Shown here: in pieces, positions 50,331 through 61,107 of the stretch
Layout of the letters: each line of letters opens with the position of its first letter
Numbering within the stretch: the first letter of the stretch is position 1
NCBI GenBank assembly: GCA_963695825.1
Contig: CAVOHX010000021.1
Coordinates: 2,380 to 66,379, forward strand
Origin: an uncultured Chloroflexia bacterium
GTDB taxonomy: Bacteria; Chloroflexota; Anaerolineae; Promineifilales; UBA4811
Length of the DNA stretch: 64,000 nt
Direction of reading: 5' to 3'
Program-made: the position numbers and the translations under genes
Notes under the pieces: model-generated
Database searches by the model: none
What the model was told of the DNA's origin: nothing
What the model saw: only the letters and a program-made list of their open reading frames with translations

Positions 50331-52043
50331 ATGAAACGGTTACCCTTACTTTTGGGTCTGGCAATTGCCATCTCGCTGCTGGTGGGGTGTTCGACCCCCG
50401 AGCCAGAGGTGGTGGAAAAAGTGGTCACAGTCATCGTCGAAGAGAAAATCGTCGAGACGGTGATCGTCGAAGGCACGGCCCAGGTGGTCGAGTCGGTCGT
50501 CACCAAGGTAGTCGAGGTGCAGGTCACGCCGACCCCCCTTCCCGCACCGCCGCCCGAGCCGGTGATCCTGCGGATTGCCGGGACTCTCGACCAGTACCGC
50601 TTTGATCCGGACCTGCCGACCGACGTGACCGTCGGCGTCGATATCCGGATCTTTGACACCCTGACCCGATTCGATGAGGACTTTGGCCTTCAGCCGTGGC
50701 TGGCGACCTCGTGGGAGTACGACGTGGACCGAGGCGTCTGGGTCTTTCAGTTGCGCGACGACGCCTACTTTCACGACGGCGAACTGATGACGGCTCAGGA
50801 CGTGGCTGACTATTTTAACTACTTTGCCATCGACAGCCCGATGGCGGTCCTGACCCGCATCGGAGAGAACGCCACCACCGCGGTGGACGACTTTGTCCTC
50901 GAGATCGCTACCGCCAACGTCGGTTTGCCCGGCACCCTGTCCCACGCGACGACAGGGGTCCGCAAGGGCGACCCCTTTGCCGGCGAGCACATTGGGACCG
51001 GCCCCATGATCTTCCAAGAGTACGTCCCCAACGAGTACATCAAGGCGACCGCCAACCCCAACTGGTGGGGCGGCGCGCCGACCATCGATGGCATCGAGTT
51101 GCGCTTTATACCCGATCCCATCACCCGGTTGTTGGCCCTCCAGGCGGGCGAGGTCGATATCATCGCCGATCCGCCGCGCGACGCCATGTCAGCGCTGGAA
51201 AACCGCGACGATATCAACCTGTATCACGCGGTGGCCTCCAAGTTCATGCAGCTAGACCTGCAACTCTCGGGCGAGGAGCCGTTCACCAACCTCCAGGACC
51301 CGGCCGTTCGCGAGGCGATAGGATACGCCATCGACCGGCAGGCAGTGATCGATTCCGCCTGGGGCGGGTTCGGCGAAATGGGTCAGACCCTGATCGCCGC
51401 CGGCCTGCTGGGCGACTCGGTCGGCCTGGTCGAGGGGTACACCTACGATCCTGAACGAGCGATGGAGGTCCTGGAAACCGCCGGATGGGTCGATACCGAC
51501 GAGGACGGCATCCGGGAAAAGGACGGCAAACGGCTGACGCTCCGGATGGTCAACGGCTACCCGAACGCGGCCGAGAACGGCGCAGTTCCCGAGGTCCTGC
51601 AGGCCCAATGGGCGGCGGTAGGCATCGAGCTGGAGATCATCAACGTCAACGATTGGCCCAGCCTCTCCACCTACCTGACCACCCGGACGGCCGACATCTT
51701 TTTGGAGACCTGGACCAACACGGCGCCTGCTCCCTGCATGATCCCGACCTGGGGATTCTACTATGGAGAGACGACCAACGTCTGGCAGGCGATCATGTCA
51801 CCGGCGATCGTCGGCTTTCCCGAGATCAACGAAGAGATCGACAACTGCTCCTCGTCGTTGACTCAGGCCGACGCCGAACGATGGGCCGCCGAGGCGATCC
51901 ACACCATCATGGACGAGGCTCGCACCTCGATCTCTCTGTTCGGCATCTACAACTCCTGGGCCGCCGGCCCGCAGGTGCTCAGCTTTGCCGCCCACCCGGT
52001 GCACAGTCAGGTGCGCTGGGAAGCGGCGGTGATTGAAAGGTAA
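50331..52043 (+). CDS. peptide ABC substrate-binding lipoprotein (family 5), module 2
   Basis: Lipobox LVGC. Clear paralog of 42422-44143 (PWLATSWEYD, GDPFAGEHIGTGP, PDPITRLLALQAGEVD). Confidence 0.92.
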   Translation: MKRLPLLLGLAIAISLLVGCSTPEPEVVEKVVTVIVEEKIVETVIVEGTAQVVESVVTKVVEVQVTPTPLPAPPPEPVILRIAGTLDQYRFDPDLPTDVTVGVDIRIFDTLTRFDEDFGLQPWLATSWEYDVDRGVWVFQLRDDAYFHDGELMTAQDVADYFNYFAIDSPMAVLTRIGENATTAVDDFVLEIATANVGLPGTLSHATTGVRKGDPFAGEHIGTGPMIFQEYVPNEYIKATANPNWWGGAPTIDGIELRFIPDPITRLLALQAGEVDIIADPPRDAMSALENRDDINLYHAVASKFMQLDLQLSGEEPFTNLQDPAVREAIGYAIDRQAVIDSAWGGFGEMGQTLIAAGLLGDSVGLVEGYTYDPERAMEVLETAGWVDTDEDGIREKDGKRLTLRMVNGYPNAAENGAVPEVLQAQWAAVGIELEIINVNDWPSLSTYLTTRTADIFLETWTNTAPAPCMIPTWGFYYGETTNVWQAIMSPAIVGFPEINEEIDNCSSSLTQADAERWAAEAIHTIMDEARTSISLFGIYNSWAAGPQVLSFAAHPVHSQVRWEAAVIER

Positions 52044-52212
52044 TCCGGGTTCAACCTCGTCAGACCCGGAACTCAGCTAGTGGGCGGCGCCGCGGCGCCG
52101 GCGCTGCCCCTCTGAGAGTCAAAAGCAAACGACAAGAGCGGTCCCGACCTCTTATCAGGAGCGGCGCCGGACGAGAACCATTATCCATCGAAAACGTGTC
52201 AGGAGACATTTC

Positions 52213-53244
52213 GTGACCCAGCACATCCATTCGACCTTATCCTCTTCATTCGGTATCCAACACGGCGACGACGCTTTCTGGTACCGGCCGCTCATCCTCG
52301 GCAACCAGATATTCACCTACGTGGCCCACATCCCGCCCGGCGGCGGGGTGCCACCCTATCCCGATACCGCCGAGAAACTGCAGATCGAGCACTCGCTCTA
52401 CCTGCTCGCCGGCTCGCTCCGGGTGACCGTCCGTGGAGCCTCCGCCACCCTGGTTCCCCACACCGCCATCCGCATCCCGCCGGGCGACCCGGTGGAGATG
52501 AAGAACGAAGGAGACACGACCGCCACCATCTACATGGCCTACACCCCCTCCCCCTGGGGCCCCATGTCCCCCATCGAGGACAGACGCGGGGTCACCAACC
52601 TGGAGGAGATGCGCGCCTGGTACCATGAGCGGGGGCGTCGCATCTGGTCCCCGGCCGAGATGGACGCCATGGCTGGCGACCTGACCGCGCGGCCCGGCTC
52701 GGTCGGCCAACTTGACCGAACGTTCAAATCGAGTCGCGAGGGCACGCCCAGCCCCGACGAAACGCTCTGGGCGACGCTGTGGGACGCCGACGGCTATCGC
52801 CACGGGCACGAGCCGGGCGCCCCCGACGACTTTTGGTTCCGGCCGTTCGTCTCTGGGTCCAAGCACATCTCCTACGTCGGCCTGATCCCCCCGGGCGGTG
52901 GGGTGCCGCCCTCGCCTGAAGAGGCGGCCCACGTCGAGATGTCGGTCTATTCCCTGGGCGGCGAGTTGGGCTGCATCGTCCTGGATCCCGACGGGCAAGA
53001 GACGCGGTTCGTGGTCCCGCCCCACCACGCGGTCTATGCCCCCTTGAACGTCGCCGTCGGCTTTTTCAACGACGCCGAGGCCACGGCGAGTTTCTCCCTT
53101 ACCTTTGGCCCGGCAGGCCGGCCGAGACCGAACCTGCCCGGATTCCGCCAGTGGGCGACCGAGGTCGCCGGTTGGCCCGTCGTGCCGCCGCCGTTTCTCA
53201 ACGAGATGCTCGGAGAGACGTTGTGGGACCTGGAGAGCCAGTAG
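52213..53244 (+). CDS. two-domain cupin-fold protein
   Basis: Two repeats (WYRPLILG..FTYVAHIPPGGG and WFRPFVSG..ISYVGLIPPGGG), homologous to 45352-45840. Confidence 0.75.
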   Translation: MTQHIHSTLSSSFGIQHGDDAFWYRPLILGNQIFTYVAHIPPGGGVPPYPDTAEKLQIEHSLYLLAGSLRVTVRGASATLVPHTAIRIPPGDPVEMKNEGDTTATIYMAYTPSPWGPMSPIEDRRGVTNLEEMRAWYHERGRRIWSPAEMDAMAGDLTARPGSVGQLDRTFKSSREGTPSPDETLWATLWDADGYRHGHEPGAPDDFWFRPFVSGSKHISYVGLIPPGGGVPPSPEEAAHVEMSVYSLGGELGCIVLDPDGQETRFVVPPHHAVYAPLNVAVGFFNDAEATASFSLTFGPAGRPRPNLPGFRQWATEVAGWPVVPPPFLNEMLGETLWDLESQ

Positions 53245-53278
53245 TGGAGTATCGCCGCCGACCCCGCCGAGGGAGTCG

Positions 53279-54235
53279 ATGATCGCCTACATCTCGCGGC
53301 GGGTGATCTCTTTGATTCCGGTCCTCATCGGAATCACCATCCTGGCGTTTTTCCTGGGCAGCCTGGCGCCGGGCGACCCGGCCGGTCTGATCTATTCGAT
53401 CCGCATGGGAGAGCCGCCCACCGACATGGAGGTGCTGCAAGAGATCCGCGAGGAGTTTGGCCTGGACGACCCCCTGATCGTGCGCTACTTTCGCTGGACC
53501 GGCGCCGCCCTGACCGGCGACCTGGGCAAATCCTACCGCACCGGCCGGCCGGTGGTAGACGAGTTCGGACTCCACCTTCCCCACACGCTCAGGCTGGCCA
53601 TTTCCGGTCTGTTCGTGGGTCTCTTGCTGGCGTTTCCACTGGGCATGATCGCCGCCATCTTTCACAACAGCATTCCGGACGTCATCGTGCGGCTGTTCAG
53701 CATGCTGGGCGCCTCCATGCCATCGTTCTGGACCGGCTATATCCTGATCCTCATCTTTAGCGTCCAACTGCAACTGCTGCCGGTAGCCGGCGCCGACACC
53801 TGGCGCCATTTCGTGCTGCCGGCGGCCGTGCTGGGCATCGGCACCGCCGCCAGCGTCAGCCGCTTGCTGCGCTCGTCGCTCCTGGAGGTGCTGCGCGCCG
53901 ATTACGTGCGGGCCGACCGCGCCCGGGGGATCAAGTGGTCCCGGATCACCTTTATCCACGCGCTGCGCCCCGCCCTGATCCCGGTCCTGACCCACCTCGG
54001 CGGCGTCTTTGGCTACCTCATCGCCGGGGCGGTCATCATCGAGACGGTTTTCGCCATCCCTGGCGTCGGCCGGCTCATCACCGGCTCTATCAGCTTTCGC
54101 GACTACCCCATCATCCAGGCGTTCGTCGTCTTTACCGGAACCCTGTTCGTGCTGGTTAACCTGGTCGTGGATCTCTCCTATTCGGTCGTGGACCCACGCG
54201 TGTCCATATCAGGTCGAGGAGGGGTCAGTGAGTAG
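53279..54235 (+). CDS. peptide/nickel ABC permease B, module 2
   Basis: MIAYISRRVISLIPVL, APGDP, GDLGKSY and RDYPIIQA. Confidence 0.9.
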   Translation: MIAYISRRVISLIPVLIGITILAFFLGSLAPGDPAGLIYSIRMGEPPTDMEVLQEIREEFGLDDPLIVRYFRWTGAALTGDLGKSYRTGRPVVDEFGLHLPHTLRLAISGLFVGLLLAFPLGMIAAIFHNSIPDVIVRLFSMLGASMPSFWTGYILILIFSVQLQLLPVAGADTWRHFVLPAAVLGIGTAASVSRLLRSSLLEVLRADYVRADRARGIKWSRITFIHALRPALIPVLTHLGGVFGYLIAGAVIIETVFAIPGVGRLITGSISFRDYPIIQAFVVFTGTLFVLVNLVVDLSYSVVDPRVSISGRGGVSE

Positions 54236-55148
54236 CGGAGAACTGACAGGCGGTCAAGAGCTCGCGATGGTCGATTCAGAGTTGCCCGACCACGACCAGG
54301 CCTTTCAATCACACCCAACGGCCGATTTCGTCCGGCGGTTGTTTCGCAACCGCGGCGCCGTGGTCGGGCTGGTCCTCGTCGCGCTGATGGTGACGCTCGC
54401 CCTGGGGGCGCCGCTCCTGGCGCCCCACGACCCGAACCAACAGTTCCCCTCCCGCCGTTTGGAAACCCCGAGTTGGGAATTCCCGCTCGGGACCGACAAT
54501 CTGGGTCGCGACATGCTTAGCCGCATCATATTCGGCGCTCGCCCCTCGATCGGGTCGGCGGTGATGGCGACGCTCATCATCATCTCGGTCGGCATCACGG
54601 TCGGGGCGTGGGCCGGGTACGTGGGCGGCCTGCTCGACGACGTCGCCATGCGGGTGGTGGACGTGTTGCTCGCCTTTCCCAACCTGATCCTGGCCCTCGC
54701 CGTCGTGGGCGTCCTGGGGCCCGGGCTGCGCAACATGCTGATCGCCATGACCTTTGCCGTGTGGGCCGGCTACGCCCGGCTGGTGCGGGGCATCGTACTC
54801 GAATTGCGCGAGCGCCAATTCGTCAAGGCCTCCGTCGCGCTCGGCGGCCGTCGCGCCCACATCATCGCCCGGCACATTCTGCCCAACATCATCTCGCCGG
54901 TCATCGTCCTGGCCTCCCTGCAGATGGGCTACCTGATCCTCTCTATCGCCGGCCTGAGCTTTCTGGGCCTCGGAATCCAGCCGCCCACCTCTGAATGGGG
55001 CGCCATGCTCAACGCGGGGCGGAATTTCTTCCAGTTGGCGCCCCACCTGATGATCATCCCGGGCGCTGCCATCAGTATGACGGTCCTGGGTTTCAACATG
55101 CTGGGCGACGGGCTGCGGGACGTGCTGGACCCGCGCCACGTCAGCTAG
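54228..55148 (+). CDS. peptide/nickel ABC permease C, module 2
   Basis: PLGTDNLGRD, HILPN and LSFLGLGIQPPTSEWG. Confidence 0.9.
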   Translation: MSSGELTGGQELAMVDSELPDHDQAFQSHPTADFVRRLFRNRGAVVGLVLVALMVTLALGAPLLAPHDPNQQFPSRRLETPSWEFPLGTDNLGRDMLSRIIFGARPSIGSAVMATLIIISVGITVGAWAGYVGGLLDDVAMRVVDVLLAFPNLILALAVVGVLGPGLRNMLIAMTFAVWAGYARLVRGIVLELRERQFVKASVALGGRRAHIIARHILPNIISPVIVLASLQMGYLILSIAGLSFLGLGIQPPTSEWGAMLNAGRNFFQLAPHLMIIPGAAISMTVLGFNMLGDGLRDVLDPRHVS

Positions 55149-55169
55149 GGAGACGCGCGCTATGTGTGA

Positions 55170-56246
55170 ATGCAACAGACAGACAGATCTTACCGAGGAG
55201 GTCGATACGTGAACCCGGCAACTCAGTCCCCCAAGGATGGCCCGCTGCTCGACATCCAGGACCTCAGCACCTCCTTTTTCACCGACGACGGCGTGGTCAA
55301 GGCGGTCAGTGGGGTCAATATCCAGGTCTACCCCGGTGAGGTCTTTGGCCTGGTGGGCGAGTCGGGCTGTGGCAAGAGCGTCACCGGCCTCTCGATCCTC
55401 CGGCTGGTGGACAAGCCCGGCCGGATCGTCAGCGGCCGCATCTTGTTCGAAGGCCGGTCATTGCTCGACCTGCCCGAAAGAGAGATGGTGAGTTTGCGCG
55501 GGCAGCGCATCTCGATGATCTTTCAGCAGCCCCTCTCCAGCATCAACCCGGTCTTTACGCTGGGCTACCAGATCGTGCAGACGATCAAGAGCCACGAGCG
55601 AGTGGGCAACACCGAGGCGCGGGAGCGAGCCATCGACCTCATGCGCCAGGTCGGCATCCCCGACCCGGAGGAGCGTCTCAAGAGCTACCCCCACCAGATA
55701 TCCGGCGGTCAGGCCCAGCGGGTGATGATCGCCATGGCGATCGCGCTCAACCCGGCGCTGCTCATCGCCGACGAGCCGACCACCGCCCTCGACGTGACCA
55801 TCCAGGCGCAGATTCTGGACCTCATCCGCGGCCTGATCCGGCAGTACGGCACCACCGTCATCCTGGTGACCCACGACCTGGGGGTCGTCGCCGAGTTGGC
55901 CGAGCGGGTGGCGGTCATGTACGCCGGTCACATCGTCGAGCAGGCAGAGGTCACCGAGCTTTTCGACCACCCGCTGCACCCGTACACCCAGGGGCTGGTC
56001 GCCTCGATCCCCATCCTGGGCGCCCGCAAGCCCCGCCTGGAGACCATCCCGGGCAACGTCCCCAACCTCATCGGCCTGCCCGACTATTGCCGATTTGCCT
56101 CTCGGTGCCGGGCGCGGGTCCAGCACAAGCTCGAGATATGCACCCAACTCGAGCCGCCGATGATCGAAGCGAGCCCCCAGCACCCCGTCCGCTGCTGGCT
56201 CTACCATTCGGGAGAGAACCATCTGCCCCCGATGCAGGCCTCCTGA
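55170..56246 (+). CDS. oligopeptide ABC ATP-binding protein (OppD/DppD type)
   Basis: [29 protein letters not shown] and CRFASRC. Confidence 0.92.
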   Translation: MQQTDRSYRGGRYVNPATQSPKDGPLLDIQDLSTSFFTDDGVVKAVSGVNIQVYPGEVFGLVGESGCGKSVTGLSILRLVDKPGRIVSGRILFEGRSLLDLPEREMVSLRGQRISMIFQQPLSSINPVFTLGYQIVQTIKSHERVGNTEARERAIDLMRQVGIPDPEERLKSYPHQISGGQAQRVMIAMAIALNPALLIADEPTTALDVTIQAQILDLIRGLIRQYGTTVILVTHDLGVVAELAERVAVMYAGHIVEQAEVTELFDHPLHPYTQGLVASIPILGARKPRLETIPGNVPNLIGLPDYCRFASRCRARVQHKLEICTQLEPPMIEASPQHPVRCWLYHSGENHLPPMQAS

Positions 56247-56259
56247 GGTGAGTGATCTC

Positions 56260-57252
56260 ATGGAAACCACGATGACACAAAACGCCCCAAGAACATTGAT
56301 CGAGGTCAAGAACCTGACCAAGTATTTCCCGGTCAAACGCGGCATCCTTCAACGCACCAAAGAGTGGTGCAAGGCGGTGGACGACGTCTCGTTCACCATC
56401 AACCACGGCGAAACCGTCGGCCTGGTCGGCGAGTCCGGCTGCGGCAAGACGACCGTGGGGCTCTCGATGCTGCGTCTCATCACGCCGACCAGCGGCGAGA
56501 TCCATTTCGAGGGGACCGACATCCTGGCCCTGGAGGGAGACGAGCTTCGAGAGATGCGGCGCGAGATGCAGATCATCTTTCAGGACCCCTTTTCATCCCT
56601 CAACCCGCGCACCCCCATCGGGCAGTCGGTCGCCGAGGGGCTGCAGATCCACAAGATCGGCACACCGCGCGAGCGCCGCGACCAGGTCTTTGAGTTGCTG
56701 CGCCGGGTCGGCCTGGAGGACTATCACGCCAAGCGCTACCCCCACGAGTTCTCGGGCGGGCAGCGACAACGGATCGGCATCGCCCGGGCGCTGGCGCTCC
56801 GGCCCAAGTTTATCGTCGCCGACGAGCCGGTCTCGGCCCTCGACGTCTCGATCCAGGCCCAGATGCTGAACCTGTTAAAGGACCTCCAGGGTGAGTTTGA
56901 CCTCACCTACCTCTTTGTCGCCCACAACATGAGCGTCGTTGATCACATCTCGGACCGCGTGGCGGTCATGTACCTGGGCAAATTGGTCGAAATCGCCACC
57001 CCGGACGAGATCTTTCGCCAGCCGCTGCACCCCTACTCCCAGGCGCTCATGTCCGCCATCCCGGTCGCCGATCCGCGCCGCAAGTCGAGCCGGGTGGTCC
57101 TCGAGGGGGACGTGCCCAGCCCGTTCAACCCGCCCTCGGGTTGTCGCTTTCACACCCGGTGCCCGGTGGCGGTGGACCATTGCTCGGTTGAGGAGCCGGA
57201 GCTGTTAGAGGTGCAACCCGATCATTGGGTGGCCTGCTGGTTGGTGTCGTAG
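56260..57252 (+). CDS. oligopeptide ABC ATP-binding protein (OppF/DppF type)
   Basis: [26 protein letters not shown] and GCRFHTRCP. Confidence 0.92.
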   Translation: METTMTQNAPRTLIEVKNLTKYFPVKRGILQRTKEWCKAVDDVSFTINHGETVGLVGESGCGKTTVGLSMLRLITPTSGEIHFEGTDILALEGDELREMRREMQIIFQDPFSSLNPRTPIGQSVAEGLQIHKIGTPRERRDQVFELLRRVGLEDYHAKRYPHEFSGGQRQRIGIARALALRPKFIVADEPVSALDVSIQAQMLNLLKDLQGEFDLTYLFVAHNMSVVDHISDRVAVMYLGKLVEIATPDEIFRQPLHPYSQALMSAIPVADPRRKSSRVVLEGDVPSPFNPPSGCRFHTRCPVAVDHCSVEEPELLEVQPDHWVACWLVS

Positions 57253-57343
57253 CGCGGCCGGTCGAAAGCGTTTCCCAGTTGAAAGCATCGATTGCAGTGC
57301 CGGGAGGGTAGAGAGTGAGGCGGCTGCCCTGCCGCCCCACAGG

Positions 57344-58294
57344 CCGGTCCAACTCGAGGAGGTCCGGGCGGCCCAGAACCGCATCGCCGGCGTCGTGACC
57401 CGGACGCCGCTGCTCCCGCTCAACACCACCCAGGCGCCGGCCGAGATCTATCTCAAGCTGGAGAACCTGCAGCCGACGGGCGCATTCAAGCTGCGCGGGG
57501 CGTGCAACGCCATGGCGATGGCCTCCCCGGCGCAACTGGCGGACGGCGTTTACACGGCGAGCAGCGGCAACATGGCGCAGGCGGTCGCCTGGAACGCGCG
57601 GCGGATGGGGGTCCGGTGCACGGTCATCGTGCCCGACACCGCCCCGGGGACCAAGGTGGCGGCTGTCGCCCGGCTGGGCGCCGCGATCGTCACGGTCCCC
57701 TTTGCCGAGTGGTGGCGCATTCTCATCACCCAACAGCATCCGCTCATCGACGGCCGGTTCTTTTTGCACCCCTCCAGCAACATCGACGTGATGGCGGGCT
57801 ATGGCACCATCGCGCTCGAGATATTGGAGGATCTGCCCGACGTGGAGGCGGTCCTGATCCCCTGGGGCAGCGGCGGGCAGGCGTGCGCTGTCGGCTCCGT
57901 CGTTCGCGCCCTGAAACCGGATACCAAACTCTATGCGATTGAGCTGGACACCGGGGCGCCGTTCGCCGCCTCGCTGGCGGCCGGCCGGCCGATCGAAGTC
58001 CCCTACACGCCGTCGTTCGTGGACGGCATCAGCGGGCCGGGTTTGCCCCACGAGATGTGGCCCGTCGCCAGCCAGTTCCTGGACGGATCGCTGGTGGTCT
58101 CTTTGCAGGACATCGTGGAGGCCATCTGTTTGATCGCCGACCGCAACAACGTCATCGCCGAGGGGGCCGGCGCGGCGCCGGTCGCGGCCGCTCTCCGGGG
58201 GATGGCGGGCGCGGGCAAGGTGGCTTGCATCGTCACCGGCGGCAACCTCGACCCGCAAAAGCTCAAGGTGATCCTCGACGGCCGGGTGCCCTAG
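57344..58294 (+). CDS. PLP-dependent threonine/serine dehydratase or racemase family enzyme; start uncertain
   Basis: PVQLEEVRAAQNRI...RTPLL, KLENLQPTGAFKLRGA (PLP Lys), SSGN, PWGSGG, AEGAGA and TGGN. Confidence 0.85.
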   Translation, partial: PVQLEEVRAAQNRIAGVVTRTPLLPLNTTQAPAEIYLKLENLQPTGAFKLRGACNAMAMASPAQLADGVYTASSGNMAQAVAWNARRMGVRCTVIVPDTAPGTKVAAVARLGAAIVTVPFAEWWRILITQQHPLIDGRFFLHPSSNIDVMAGYGTIALEILEDLPDVEAVLIPWGSGGQACAVGSVVRALKPDTKLYAIELDTGAPFAASLAAGRPIEVPYTPSFVDGISGPGLPHEMWPVASQFLDGSLVVSLQDIVEAICLIADRNNVIAEGAGAAPVAAALRGMAGAGKVACIVTGGNLDPQKLKVILDGRVP

Positions 58295-58344
58295 ACCCGT
58301 GGAGACGACAGTTGTAGCTCTCCAGGCGGGAGATCGCGTCGCCC

Positions 58345-59485
58345 ATGTCGTGGATTGAAAAGAACCTACTCGGCGTGAGGGTCAACGAGCTGCCGCGCCT
58401 CATCCCGGGCATGGCGCTGACATCGGGCCTGGCGGCCGTCAGCATCTGGTCGGCCGGCGCCATCGGCCGGGCACTGAATCTGTCCAGCGCCCCGGTCTCG
58501 CCGGTCCTGGTGGCGATCGTGCTGGGGGCGCTCGCCGGCAACCTGCTCCCATTGCCCGATATCCTCGCCCCCGGCCTGAAGTTCTCGGTGAAAAGGCTCT
58601 TGCGCCTGGGCATCATCCTGTTGGGCATACGCCTCAGCCTCCAGGATCTCCTTCGGTTAGGCGCACTGGGCGTCCCGGTGGTGGTGCTTTGCATCGCCAG
58701 CGCCCTGTTCCTCACCACCCGGTTGAACCGGTGGCTGCGACTCCCGGAGCCGACTGGGGACCCTCATTGCGGTCGGCACCTCTATCTGTGGGGTGTCGGC
58801 GATCGTGGCGGCGGCGCCAGCCATCGAGGCCGACGACGAAGAGATCGCCTATTCAGTCGGCGTGATCACGGTTTTCGGCATAGCGGCAATGTTGGCCTAC
58901 CCCTATCTAGCCTTTCGAATCTTTGGCGGCGATCCGGTCAAATCCGGGCTCTTTTTGGGGACTGCGATTCACGAGACCGCCCAGGTAGCCGGAGCGGCGG
59001 TGCTCTTTGCCGACACCTTTGCCCTGCCGCGCGGGCTGGAAGTAGCCACCGTTGCCAAGCTGGTGCGCAACGTCCTGATGGCGGTCGTCATCCCGGCGAT
59101 GGCGCTCCGTTACGCGCGACAGTCCACCGATCCGGCAAAACCCGGCGCGGAGGCAAGCACATTCACCCAACTCTTTCCGGTCTTTATCCTGGGATTCCTG
59201 GGCATGGCGGTCATCCGCTCCATCGGAGACGCCAGTCTGGCGGGCGGCGGCCGGGCGCTAGGTCTCTGGGATCAGAACGCCTGGGCAGCGGCCGTCGGCG
59301 GGATCAAAGAGTGGGCCGTCAACCTGATGGTCGTCGCCCTGGCCGGGGTCGGCTTGAGCACCCGTCTCTCGGCCCTCAGAAAACTGGGGGCGAAACCGCT
59401 CGTCGTCGGCCTGGGCGCGGCCCTGATGGTCGGCGTCGTGAGCGCGGCCGCCATCTTGCTCCTTGGCTCTACTCTGGGTCTCTGA
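58345..59485 (+). CDS. YeiH/putative sulfate exporter family membrane protein; frameshift ~58750
   Basis: LLRLGIILLG, GTSICGVSAI, GTAIHETAQV and AKLVRN. Confidence 0.85.
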
Positions 59486-59556
59486 CCCTGCTGATTTGAC
59501 GAACCGTAACGAACCGTACCCACCATTGGACCCTTGACCCAAAAGCAGAGGATGTG

Positions 59557-61072
59557 ATGACCGAGCGCAGACAGCCCAACATACTGGTATTCAACCCGGA
59601 CCAATGGCGCGGGGACGTCATGGGCCACCTGGGCAACCCGGCCGCGGTGACCCCCAATCTCGACCGGATGGTTCAGGAGGACGCCGTCTCGTTCCGCAAC
59701 GCCTTTTGCCAGAATCCGACCTGCGTGCCCAGCCGGACCAGCTTTATGACCGGCTGGTACCCCCACGTGCGGGGCCATCGGACGATGCACCACATGTTGC
59801 ACGCCGAACACGGCGAGACCAACCTGCTCCGCCTGCTCAAGGAAAATGGGTATCACGTCTGGTGGAACGGCAAGAACCATTTCACCCCCGGCGGCCGGCC
59901 GGTCGATCGCGACTGCGACGTCCGGTTCAGCCCCACAGACGACGACTATCGCCGCTGGGGTCACCAACCCCGGCCGGGTCTGCACGCCTGGACCGACTGG
60001 CGGGGCGAGCGGGGGAGCGACACCTATTACGGCATGTACGCCGGCAAGCTCGACACCGGCGACGACGACCTCTATTTCGACCTGGACTGGGCCCACGTCT
60101 ATGGCGCCCTCGATTTCCTCCGCTCCTACGACGGGGAGCGGCCGTTCTGCCTCTTTTTGCCGCTCTTTTACCCCCACCCCCCCTATGGGGTCGAGGAGCC
60201 CTGGTTCAGCATGATCGACCGGGAGCGCCTGCCGCACCGGCCGCCGGCGCCGGCCGATTGGATCCGGGAAGCCGTCCATCTTGCAGGGGATCTGGGAGCG
60301 TCAGAACATGCAAGCCTGGTCCGAGGAGCGGTGGACCGAGCTTCGCGCCACCTATTACGGCATGTGCGCCCGCCTCGACCACCAGTTCGGCCTGCTGGTG
60401 GAGGCGCTCCAGGAGCGGGAGCTGTACGACGAGACCGCCATTTTCCTCTTTTCGGACCACGGCGATTTCACCGGCGACTATGGGCTGGTCGAAAAGACGC
60501 AAAACACCTTTGAGGATTGCCTGACCAACGTGCCGTTTATCCTCAAACCGCCGGCGAGCGTGCCGGTCCGGCCGCGGGTAAGCGAGGCGCTGGTCGAGCT
60601 GGTCGATTTCCCGGCGACGGTTTTCGAGTTGGCGGGGATCGAGCCGAACTATTGGCACTTTGGCAAGAGCCTTTTGCCGCTCTTGAACAGCGCGGCCGAC
60701 GACCATCGGGACGCGGTCTTTACCGAAGGGGGCCGCCTCATGGGCGAGGAGCACGCCAGCGAGAGCGTCAACCTGACCCGGTGGAACGGTGAACCGGAGG
60801 ACGGGCAGTACTGGCCCCGCATCAGCCTGCAAGCCTCGGACGAGGCGCCGTGGCACACCAAGGCGACCATGTGCCGCACGCGCCGACACAAATACGTGCG
60901 CCGGCTCTACGAGGGGGACGAGTTGTACGACCTGGAGCGCGACCCGCACGAATTGGATAACCGGATCGACGACCCGGCGCTGGCGCCCGTGTTGGCCAAA
61001 TTGAAGGAGCGGATGCTGACCTGGTACATGGAGACCTGCGACGTCGTCCCCATAGAGCTGGACGCCTGGTAG
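59557..61072 (+). CDS. sulfatase-like hydrolase; frameshift ~60265
   Basis: QPNILVFNPDQWR, TPNLD, CVPSRTSFMTG, PHPPY, SDHGD and ELYDL..DPHE. Confidence 0.88.
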
Positions 61073-61107
61073 ATACGACTAGCTACAGATAGCATGAGGA
61101 GAGTGTG

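Noticed and set aside
52131-52170. SAM-I riboswitch (CTCTTATCAGGAGCGGCG resembles its 5' end)
   Set aside because: The following GAGGGA..GGCCC, GCAACC and GTGC elements are missing, and the segment instead pairs with upstream GACAAGAG as a simple hairpin.
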